Positions 10,298 to 18,319 of a DNA stretch of 64,000 nucleotides are shown one piece after another. The notes beneath the pieces were generated by a model that saw nothing but the letters and a program-made list of their open reading frames with translations, was not told the origin of the DNA and did not search any database. The translations under genes and the position numbers were made by a program. This stretch comes from Porticoccaceae bacterium (lineage in GTDB: Bacteria; Pseudomonadota; Gammaproteobacteria; Pseudomonadales; Porticoccaceae), in assembly GCA_018663035.1 (NCBI GenBank), contig JABJEX010000013.1, positions 4,409 to 68,408 on the forward strand, given 5' to 3'. The first letter of the stretch is position 1. Each line of letters starts with the position of its first letter.

Positions 10298-12763
10298 ATG
10301 ATTCAATCTCGATTAACTCAGCTTGTTCGGCAGCCGCTGGCTGTAGCTTTTGCGGCGCTGATTCTCGCGGCCTGCGGCGGCGGTGGGGGAAGCACTACAC
10401 CACCAGTAACGCCAGGGCCTGTCAGTGATACTACTGCACCGGAAATAACGCTAGTAGGCTCATCTACAATGACCCACGAACAGGGCACCGAATTCTCCGA
10501 TCCAGGTTACAGCGCTTCTGACAACGTAGATAGCAATCTGACCGTTAGCGTCGATGGTGAAGTCAACACAGCAGTTGCAGGCGAATACAGCATTACCTAT
10601 TCGACTAGCGATAGTGCCGGTAACAGCACTTCAGAAACTCGCACGGTTACAGTGGTAGACACCACTGTGCCGGTTATCACTCTTTCAGGTGACGCGGAAG
10701 TATCTGTGCAACAGGGCGATGCCTACACAGACGCTGGCGCAACGGCTAGCGACAGTGCCGATGGCGAAGTTGCCGTAGTCACCTCTGGCAGCGTAGACGC
10801 AAATACTGCGGGTCAATATGTTATTACCTATACCGCAACTGATGCAGCGGGTAATCAGGCCACGCTTACCAGAACAGTCACTGTTGACGAAATTGATACG
10901 GGCGTTATCGGGGGCATCGCTGGCGATTGGCGATTGTCGCCAGTGGCTAACGCTCTGGGTGTAGGCCCTAGCCAGGGCGATATCAGCTGGTGGTCAAGCT
11001 CAGAGGAAGATGTGAACGGCCGCGGATGTCTCTTTGATGATATCTATCGCTTTGCGGAGGATGGCTCATTCTCTAACCTGATGGAAGGCTCTACTTGGGT
11101 TGAACAGTGGCAGGGCGGTGCTGATAGCTGCGGTACACCTGTTGCTCCTCATGATGGGTCTAATGCAGCCACCTATACCTACAACGAAACAGCTGCCACC
11201 CTTACGCTTCAGGGCCTCGGCGCACATATTGGTCTATCCAAGGCATTTAATGGCGGTGAGCTGGCCTCCCCAGCGGATGCAGTTGAATCTATTGTGTACT
11301 CAGTGGTGGAAATGAGCGCCACCGAAATGACGCTGGATATTGAGATCGCTAATGGTGCTTACTGGCGCTTCATGCTCACTAAACTTGATAATGCCGATAT
11401 AGCGCCTGATTTAAGTATTTTAGACAATGGTGTTGCTAGCGCAGAATGGGACACTGGAGTAGTTATCATTGATGAAGCCAAGGCCTGGGGCCGCTGTGAT
11501 TCAGGTGATGATGCCTCATGTCCAAGTGCGAGCTGGACGGTAGTAAATGACGCTGACCGCGGTAATGTTTTGCAAATCAGCCATGCACCAGCGGCGCAGC
11601 TTGGCTTCGTTATCGTGCAGACGTCTACGCCCTATGACCTGTCAGCTTATGCAGGCGGAACCATTGAATTTGATGTAAAAATCATTAGTGGCGACAGCAA
11701 TCTGACCTTAAAATCAGAATGTACCTTTCCCTGTACATCTGGTGATTTCGCTCTTGGCGCAGTGCAGGGCAATGACTGGGTAGCTATATCTGTCAATGTA
11801 AATGATCTGGTTGATCAGGGGCTCAGTCTATCGGCTGTCGACATTGGCTTGGCTATCTGGGCAACTAATCATGACTCTACAGTGTTCCAGATTGACAATG
11901 TTCGCTGGGTAGCCAATCCCAATGGGCCAACGTTTGGCACGGGCAATACTGGCGGCACTATTTCTGAGTGGGTCAAGGCAGATCCCAGCATAGGCTATGT
12001 TACGCCAACAGAATATGCGGGCTATAACCTTGTCTGGGCCGATGAGTTTAATGGCACAGATCTGGACACTACTCAGTGGAAATTCGATATTGGCACCGGC
12101 AGTAATGGCTGGGGTAACAATGAACTCGAGTACTACACTGAGAACAATGTCAGTGTTGAAAACGGATTGCTGGTCATTGAGGCTCGTAAAGAGACCTTTG
12201 GTGGCAGAGCCTATACTTCTTCACGCATCAAAACTCAGGACAATTTCTCTTTCAAATACGGCCGTGTAGATGCCAGAGCAGTTGTTGCAGAGGGTAAGGG
12301 GCTGTGGTCAGCTATCTGGATGCTGGGCCAGAATTTTGCTGAGGTCAGCTGGCCTCATAGTGGTGAGATTGACATAGTCGATACCATTGGTGGCCCAGGC
12401 AATGAGAATTCAGCAGTTCACAATGTCTATTGGAATAATGGTGGCGTTGGCGCAGCTTACAGCCCCGCCTCAGCAGGCACTAATCACGTACTCTCTGGTG
12501 GTGAAACCTATTCTGACACTTTCCATGTGTTCAGCATCGAGTGGACCGAAGATCAGATTATCTGGTACGTCGATGATGTGCAGTCGCACGTGGTAGATGT
12601 CACCGATGGTTCAGATCTTGCAGAAGCTGTTCGAGCAGAGTTCTTCTTGATTCTGAACGTAGCTGTTGGAGGCAACTGGCCTGGTAAGCCGATCACATCT
12701 ACCCAGTTCCCTCGCGGTATGCTGGTAGACTATGTTCGTGTCTTCCAAAAGACTGCTCCCTAA
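10298..12763 (+). CDS. Multidomain surface lipoprotein: 2x Ig-like (DUF5011-type), putative glycan-binding modules and a C-terminal GH16 (laminarinase-like) domain with a variant active site
   Basis: Lipobox LAAC; two TTxPxITLxG...RTVTV Ig repeats; GH16 motifs LVWADEFNG, WGNNELEYY, YTSSRI and KYGRVDARA. The catalytic motif reads EIDIVD instead of ExDxxE. Confidence 0.85.
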   Translation: MIQSRLTQLVRQPLAVAFAALILAACGGGGGSTTPPVTPGPVSDTTAPEITLVGSSTMTHEQGTEFSDPGYSASDNVDSNLTVSVDGEVNTAVAGEYSITYSTSDSAGNSTSETRTVTVVDTTVPVITLSGDAEVSVQQGDAYTDAGATASDSADGEVAVVTSGSVDANTAGQYVITYTATDAAGNQATLTRTVTVDEIDTGVIGGIAGDWRLSPVANALGVGPSQGDISWWSSSEEDVNGRGCLFDDIYRFAEDGSFSNLMEGSTWVEQWQGGADSCGTPVAPHDGSNAATYTYNETAATLTLQGLGAHIGLSKAFNGGELASPADAVESIVYSVVEMSATEMTLDIEIANGAYWRFMLTKLDNADIAPDLSILDNGVASAEWDTGVVIIDEAKAWGRCDSGDDASCPSASWTVVNDADRGNVLQISHAPAAQLGFVIVQTSTPYDLSAYAGGTIEFDVKIISGDSNLTLKSECTFPCTSGDFALGAVQGNDWVAISVNVNDLVDQGLSLSAVDIGLAIWATNHDSTVFQIDNVRWVANPNGPTFGTGNTGGTISEWVKADPSIGYVTPTEYAGYNLVWADEFNGTDLDTTQWKFDIGTGSNGWGNNELEYYTENNVSVENGLLVIEARKETFGGRAYTSSRIKTQDNFSFKYGRVDARAVVAEGKGLWSAIWMLGQNFAEVSWPHSGEIDIVDTIGGPGNENSAVHNVYWNNGGVGAAYSPASAGTNHVLSGGETYSDTFHVFSIEWTEDQIIWYVDDVQSHVVDVTDGSDLAEAVRAEFFLILNVAVGGNWPGKPITSTQFPRGMLVDYVRVFQKTAP

Positions 12764-12777
12764 GATCTAACAGACAG

Positions 12778-12806
12778 GTATCTGGCCTCGCTTGGAGGCC
12801 GGATAC
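12778..12806 (+). terminator. Hairpin between the two GH16 genes (terminator or mRNA stabiliser)
   Basis: 12-bp stem GTATCTGGCCTC-GCTTG-GAGGCCGGATAC with one G-U pair; the U-tail is weak. Confidence 0.5.
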
Positions 12807-12871
12807 TCTGGTCTGTATAGTTATAGCAAGACCAGCCTAACTAGGCTGCATCAATTCCCAAGGGCTCTTCT

Positions 12872-13954
12872 ATGCGTACTCTATTGATAGCTAGTTTAAT
12901 TTCACTACTTGTCGCCTGCGGCGGAAACACCACTTTCAGCCCCAGCCAACCCATCATCGATATAACGCCTCCAGTTATTACACTGCAAGGATCCTCCTCA
13001 CTCACTATTGAACAGGGGTCATCCTACAGCGAGCTCGGAGCATCGGCAGTTGATGATCAAGACGGCAGCCTAGAGGTCGAAATTTCAGGGACTGTAGGCT
13101 CCGAACCTGGTGCCTACACACTGACCTACAGCGCTACAGATAGCGCTAACAATTCTGCGTCAACCAACAGAACAGTCACTGTGATTGCAGCAACTGGCAG
13201 TGCCCAGCCAATTGATGGAACAAAATGGTTTCAACAAACCATTATTCCCAATGGCTCAGGCTGGTTTAATAATGAGCAGCAAATCTACACAGATCGCACT
13301 GAGAACAGCTACGTCAGCGACGGCACCTTAAAAATTGTTGCCAAGAGAGAGCAGTTTACCGATCAGGGTGTTACCAAGCAGTTCACCTCAGCACGACTCA
13401 ATTCTAAATTTGCCTTTAAATACGGCCGAGTTGAAGTCAGAGCCAAGCTCCCCTCAGGGCATGGCACCTGGCCGGCGATATGGATGTTAGGGAAAAACAT
13501 TAATGAGCGAGGAGCCTATTGGCAGCAGCAAGGTTTTGGTAATGTGGGTTGGCCACACTGTGGCGAGCTAGACATCATGGAGCATTGGGGCCGCAACCAA
13601 AACTACGTGCAAAGTGCTATTCACAGCCCCAGTAGTTACGGCGGCACCATCAACCATGGTGGACAGTATGTGAGCACAGTGTCTACAGACTTCCATACCT
13701 ACAGTATGGAGTGGTCGTCTGAGCGAATGATTTTTAGCGTTGATGGCACAGAGCACTACACCTATGACCCAGTAGTTAAAGACGCTGATAGCTGGCCCTT
13801 TGACGCTGAAATGTACCTTCTACTCAATGTTGCAATACAGGATGGTATCTCATCAGCTTTTAATGAGAGCGAAATGGAAATCGACTATGTGCGTATCTAT
13901 AGCCTAGATGCTACCCCTGAAGACGCACCCATCTGGTCTGACGAGTTTAACTAA
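12872..13954 (+). CDS. GH16 endo-beta-1,3-glucanase (laminarinase-like) lipoprotein with one Ig-like domain
   Basis: Lipobox LVAC; one DUF5011-type Ig repeat; intact WPHCGELDIMEHWG (ExDxxE); FTSARL, KYGRVEVRAKLP and WPAIWML motifs. Confidence 0.92.
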   Translation: MRTLLIASLISLLVACGGNTTFSPSQPIIDITPPVITLQGSSSLTIEQGSSYSELGASAVDDQDGSLEVEISGTVGSEPGAYTLTYSATDSANNSASTNRTVTVIAATGSAQPIDGTKWFQQTIIPNGSGWFNNEQQIYTDRTENSYVSDGTLKIVAKREQFTDQGVTKQFTSARLNSKFAFKYGRVEVRAKLPSGHGTWPAIWMLGKNINERGAYWQQQGFGNVGWPHCGELDIMEHWGRNQNYVQSAIHSPSSYGGTINHGGQYVSTVSTDFHTYSMEWSSERMIFSVDGTEHYTYDPVVKDADSWPFDAEMYLLLNVAIQDGISSAFNESEMEIDYVRIYSLDATPEDAPIWSDEFN

Positions 13955-13969
13955 AAGAGAGTTCCGTCT

Positions 13970-13990
13970 GGCAGCCAACCACCGGCTGCC
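13970..13990. terminator. Hairpin between the convergent GH16 and pyrF genes
   Basis: GGCAGCC-AACCACC-GGCTGCC, lying between the two stop codons. Confidence 0.45.
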
Positions 13991-14685
13991 TAGAGCGATT
14001 GGTTGATCTTTCTGAGGACTGCGGTGGGGTTTTCTGCCTGAGTAATGGGTCGACCAATCACTAAAAAGTCACTGCCCATTGCCACTGCATCGATAGGACT
14101 GACGATTCTACGCTGGTCGTCTGCGGCACTTTCTGGCAAGCGAATTCCCGGTGTAATCAACTTAAAGTCTGAACCCAACCCTCGCTTCAGAGCCTGGGCC
14201 TCCTGAGCGGAGCAAACTACGCCATCCAGACCACAGCCTTGCGTCAAGCGCGCCAGGTGCAATACCTGATCACTGGGGCTGCGCTGCACCCCTAACTCGG
14301 CCAAATCCTCTTGGTCCATGCTGGTCAGCACCGTCACCCCTATCAGCAGCATGTCACTGCCCTGCTGATCTAATGCGCGCTTGGCAGCGCTCATCATTCT
14401 TGAGCCGCCTGAGGCATGCACGTTGGCCATCCAGACACCTAGATCTGCCGCGGCACAAATAGCCTTCGCCGTGGTATTGGGAATATCATGAAACTTGAGG
14501 TCGAGAAAGACATCAAAACCGCGGTTTACTAGTGATCTCACTAGCTGAGGCCCCGCCCTAGTAAATAACTCCTTACCCACCTTAAGCCGGCATTCGCTGG
14601 CATCTAACTGCTCAGCCAGAGCGAGGGCCGCCTGCTCATTATCAAAATCTAGAGCGACAATAACGCGGGAATTTGAAGAAGTCAT
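13990..14685 (-). CDS. pyrF: Orotidine-5'-phosphate decarboxylase
   Basis: [37 protein letters not shown] and LVIGRPIT motifs. Start at MTSSNSRV. Confidence 0.98.
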   Translation of the reverse strand: MTSSNSRVIVALDFDNEQAALALAEQLDASECRLKVGKELFTRAGPQLVRSLVNRGFDVFLDLKFHDIPNTTAKAICAAADLGVWMANVHASGGSRMMSAAKRALDQQGSDMLLIGVTVLTSMDQEDLAELGVQRSPSDQVLHLARLTQGCGLDGVVCSAQEAQALKRGLGSDFKLITPGIRLPESAADDQRRIVSPIDAVAMGSDFLVIGRPITQAENPTAVLRKINQSL

Positions 14686-14692
14686 AAAGGGA

Positions 14693-14941
14693 TCAGTCCT
14701 TTCTGGTGGCGCGAGCCAATTTGCGTCGATAGCTAGCAATAATCACTGAGCTGGCGAAGACACCCAACAGGGTGCCCGCCGCCAAAAATAGCAACAACCA
14801 AACCCCTAGTGCAATTTCCGGGCTATTTATCAGTACAAAATTTACACTGAGCTGTTGGCTATTTTCCATAGCAAACAGAGCGCCAATTAGAGCAACAGCA
14901 ACAATCAGTAAAAACTTAATAAACGTCCACAGTGCGCGCAC
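14693..14941 (-). CDS. lapA: Lipopolysaccharide assembly protein A family (LapA/YciS)
   Basis: Two hydrophobic helices with [13 protein letters not shown] between them and a basic C-tail; directly upstream of pyrF. Probable GTG start at 14941 with GGAGG 5 nt upstream. Confidence 0.75.
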   Translation of the reverse strand: MRALWTFIKFLLIVAVALIGALFAMENSQQLSVNFVLINSPEIALGVWLLLFLAAGTLLGVFASSVIIASYRRKLARATRKD

Positions 14942-15032
14942 CTTAGCCTCCAGCATGCTATTCGATTCAGCCCGTTACAGTTATTGTAACCGCTGTCTGT
15001 CAAAGCGACAAAAGCCACAGCTTTTTATCCGC

Positions 15033-15070
15033 AAAAAAAATGCGCCGATGGATAAACCAAGGCGCATTTT
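15033..15070 (-). terminator. Intrinsic terminator of rpmE
   Basis: Minus strand reads AAAATGCGCC...GGCGCATTTTTTTT. Confidence 0.8.
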
Positions 15071-15094
15071 ATAGTCTGTCTAGCTGCCTGCTAT

Positions 15095-15304
15095 CTACTT
15101 CTTAGCAGCACCAAAACGCTTGTTGAAGCGATCGATTCGACCACCAGTATCAACAACTTTCTGCTTGCCAGTGTAGAACGGGTGACATGCAGAGCAGACA
15201 TCCAAATATAAATCTTCGGAACGTGTTGATCCGACTTTGATAACGTTACCACAGCTGCAAGTCGCTGCTAATTCGCTATAGTTTGGGTGAATCTCAGTTT
15301 TCAT
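15095..15304 (-). CDS. rpmE: 50S ribosomal protein L31 (zinc-binding C+ type)
   Basis: MKTEIHPNY...CSCG...[15 protein letters not shown]...[10 protein letters not shown]; divergent from priA, as is usual. Confidence 0.98.
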   Translation of the reverse strand: MKTEIHPNYSELAATCSCGNVIKVGSTRSEDLYLDVCSACHPFYTGKQKVVDTGGRIDRFNKRFGAAKK

Positions 15305-15422
15305 CATATACTCCAATTCGCGAGCCGCCACCTCATCGTAAAACTGTTAAGCTACTGGCAACTAACACCAATCTCTAGATAAGTTTCCGAAAGGCACGGT
15401 AGGCCATTTCTAAAGAGCGCGG

Positions 15423-15450
15423 ATTCTAGCAGAAATAAACTGGGTTACAA
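15423..15450 (-). promoter_or_regulatory. Sigma70 promoter of rpmE
   Basis: Minus strand reads TTGTAA-N16-TAGAAT followed by CCGCGC, about 115 nt upstream of the start codon. Confidence 0.55.
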
Positions 15451-15469
15451 AAGGAATTCTTTATTTTTT

Positions 15470-17698
15470 ATGGCGCAATCAGAGCCTTTTATTATTCGTG
15501 TTGCTGTACCTTCGCCACTGCGTCGTCTGTTCGACTATCTAGTTCCGGCCGACTTACTGCAAAGCCACAGTCCCAATGCTGTTCAGCCCGGTTGCAGGGT
15601 CAGAGTGCCCTTTGGTCGCAGACAGCTAGTCGGGCTCATTATAGAAACCGCTCATAGCAGTGAATTCGATATTGCTAAACTAAAACCCGTTGGCGAATTA
15701 GTGGATTCAGAACCTCTGCTACCGCCCTCATTATTCAAGTTGTTTATCTGGGCAGCAAACTATTACCAGCACCCGATTGGCGATGCGCTGTTTGCGACAT
15801 TACCTGTGCTACTCCGAACAGGGCAGCCCCTGCCCGAGCCGGGACAGCCAGGTTGGCAGCTTAGTCATCAAGGACTCGGGTTGGGGCCAAATTCCCTAAA
15901 GCAAGCTCCTAAACAACGCGCCCTAGTAGAGTTTTTGCAAACTCAGGGGGCCGCGGTTTTAGAATCTGTTTTGCTAGCATCATTCTCACGACCCGTTGTT
16001 AGGCAGCTCGAACATAAAGGTCTGCTGGAGTCCTGCTTGATCGAACCGCAGAATCAAGCTGTCTCCACAGACGAGTTATTGGCTGAAAACTCACTTAACC
16101 TTTATGACTCTCAGCGGCTTGCGATGGACGCCATCCAAAGCCATGGCTTCAACTGCTATTTACTCGATGGCGTCACGGGTAGCGGCAAAACTGAAATCTA
16201 CTTGCAGTCCATCGAAAAAGTTTTAAGGTATGGGCGCCAAGCGCTGGTGCTTATTCCAGAAATTAGCCTGACACCACAGACTAAAAAGCGTTTTCGTGAT
16301 CGCTTTAATGTGCCTATGGTAACGCTGCACTCAGGACTAAGTGACAAACAGCGTCTAGTTGCATGGAATCAGGCGAGATCTGGCGAGGCATCCATTGTTC
16401 TTGGCACTAGGTCAGCGATTTTTACCGCATTAAAAAGTCCCGGACTGATCATCCTCGATGAAGAACATGATCAGTCTTACAAACAACAGGACGGCTTTCG
16501 CTATTCGGCTCGAGATCTAGCAGTGATTCGTGCCCGACAAGAAACTATCCCGATTATTTTGGGGTCAGCCACCCCCTCTTTGGAATCGCTAAATAACTGC
16601 GCCATGGGTCGCTACAGTCATCTGATCTTGGATAGTCGGGCCGGTCAGGCGCAACAGCCAGACTGGCATTTAATCGACCTCAAAAATGAGTCTGTGGATT
16701 CAGGCGTTGCAACCTCTACCTTGCAAGCTATTGAGGAAACCCTAAATAGCAACCAGCAGGTCCTAGTGTTTCTCAATCGCCGTGGTTATGCCCCAGCCCT
16801 GCTGTGTCATCAATGCGGCTGGACCGCTGACTGCAATCAGTGCGATGCTCGACTAACAGTGCACCGCGCTCGCGCTCGTCTTATTTGCCACCACTGTGAT
16901 CATCAGCGGCGCATACCCCACCATTGTCCCAGCTGTCAAAGCCAGCAGCTAATTGCCGCTGGCGAGGGTACAGAGCGCAGCGAAGCTTTTTTGCAGCAGC
17001 GCTTCCCAAGCAGTAAGGTATTGCGAGTAGATCGCGATAGCACTAGGCGCAAAGGTGCTATGCAGGAAGTATTCGATACAGCCGACAGCGGTGAGCCCTG
17101 CATTCTTCTAGGCACCCAAATGCTGGCCAAGGGTCACCATTTCCCGAATGTCACTCTGGTAGCGGTGTTAGACGCTGACAGCGGGCTGTTCAGCCCAGAC
17201 TTTCGCGGCCATGAGCGCACTGGACAACTGCTTACTCAGGTTGCTGGGCGCAGTGGCCGAGGCACAGCCCGAGGGAGGGTGTTAATTCAGACCCACCAGC
17301 CGCAACATCCTTTACTTCAGATACTGATGAATGAGGGTTACGGACAGTTCGCTAAAAAGCTTTTATCTGAGCGTCAACTGCATCAGCTACCACCCTTCAG
17401 GCATCTTGTGGTGATCAGAGCTGAATCTAATCGAGCAGAGCTGGCCGAGGCATTTTTACGGCAGGCGCGTCGCTTGGCTGAGACTATCGCAGTGCCTAGC
17501 ACTAGCCTAGCTTATCTGGGACCATTGCCTGCAATGCTGGAAAAGCGCGGCGGTCGCTACCGCTATTTGTTGCAAATCGATGCCGATCATCGCCAGAGCC
17601 TGCATGGACTTTTATCTCAGCTAGCTGGGCAATTGGAGAGCCAACCAGAGGGTAGGTCAATCCGCTGGTCGATTGATGTAGATCCTCAGGAACTGTGA
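15470..17698 (+). CDS. priA: Primosomal protein N' (PriA helicase)
   Basis: GVTGSGKTE, DEEHD, GSATPS, four CxxC zinc knuckles, GTQMLAKG, GRSGR and WSIDVDP motifs. Confidence 0.98.
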   Translation: MAQSEPFIIRVAVPSPLRRLFDYLVPADLLQSHSPNAVQPGCRVRVPFGRRQLVGLIIETAHSSEFDIAKLKPVGELVDSEPLLPPSLFKLFIWAANYYQHPIGDALFATLPVLLRTGQPLPEPGQPGWQLSHQGLGLGPNSLKQAPKQRALVEFLQTQGAAVLESVLLASFSRPVVRQLEHKGLLESCLIEPQNQAVSTDELLAENSLNLYDSQRLAMDAIQSHGFNCYLLDGVTGSGKTEIYLQSIEKVLRYGRQALVLIPEISLTPQTKKRFRDRFNVPMVTLHSGLSDKQRLVAWNQARSGEASIVLGTRSAIFTALKSPGLIILDEEHDQSYKQQDGFRYSARDLAVIRARQETIPIILGSATPSLESLNNCAMGRYSHLILDSRAGQAQQPDWHLIDLKNESVDSGVATSTLQAIEETLNSNQQVLVFLNRRGYAPALLCHQCGWTADCNQCDARLTVHRARARLICHHCDHQRRIPHHCPSCQSQQLIAAGEGTERSEAFLQQRFPSSKVLRVDRDSTRRKGAMQEVFDTADSGEPCILLGTQMLAKGHHFPNVTLVAVLDADSGLFSPDFRGHERTGQLLTQVAGRSGRGTARGRVLIQTHQPQHPLLQILMNEGYGQFAKKLLSERQLHQLPPFRHLVVIRAESNRAELAEAFLRQARRLAETIAVPSTSLAYLGPLPAMLEKRGGRYRYLLQIDADHRQSLHGLLSQLAGQLESQPEGRSIRWSIDVDPQEL

Positions 17699-17785
17699 CC
17701 AAAAACAGTCGGGGCTAGATAGATTGTTTTGCTTACAACAGAGCAATTCACCTACAATCTGAGCCTGATTAAGGGAAATTATTTT

Positions 17786-18319
17786 ATGGCGCAAGACAAG
17801 GCTCGAAAATCTGCTACTCGCTCTCCTCAGCGAGGCCCCGCAACTGAAAAGTCTACCGCGCCCGCTTTTTTGTCTGGCTTAGTACTAGGCGCCCTGCTCA
17901 GCTATTTTATACCCATGCTATTCGACAGCCCATTGCCTGATAGCCAGAGCACCGCAGACAGCGTAGACGAGGTTAAATCACCAAGCCTAACCTTTACCTT
18001 TCATGATATTTTAAAGACTTCGGAGATTGTTATCGCTGAGGAAGAGCAGGTCGAAGATAGCAAGGCGGTACAGGGTGAAGACTACAATTATCTACTGCAA
18101 GTAGGATCCTTTAAAAACAAAGCTGATGCCGAGCGACTGCGTGTTCAGCTCCTACTGCTTAACCTGACGGTGAGCACAGAAACCCTGGGCGCCGAAAAGG
18201 GCGATGTCTGGCACCGCGTATTGGTCGGGCCCTTCGCCAATACCTCTAAAATGGCGTCGGCGAGGGCCAAGCTTGCTCAAAATGAGATAGACACCCTTCT
18301 AGTTAAGCGCAAACTCTAG
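17786..18319 (+). CDS. SPOR-domain cell-division protein (FtsN-like)
   Basis: Basic N-terminus, one TM helix, FTFHDIL and a C-terminal SPOR domain (YLLQVGSFKNKADAE...WHRVLVGPF). Start at MAQDK. Confidence 0.85.
   Translation: MAQDKARKSATRSPQRGPATEKSTAPAFLSGLVLGALLSYFIPMLFDSPLPDSQSTADSVDEVKSPSLTFTFHDILKTSEIVIAEEEQVEDSKAVQGEDYNYLLQVGSFKNKADAERLRVQLLLLNLTVSTETLGAEKGDVWHRVLVGPFANTSKMASARAKLAQNEIDTLLVKRKL

Noticed and set aside
12833-13990. REP-like family from CAGCC...GGCTG hairpins at 12833 and 13970
   Set aside because: Only two short, non-identical copies; insufficient for a repeat family and adequately explained as local hairpins.
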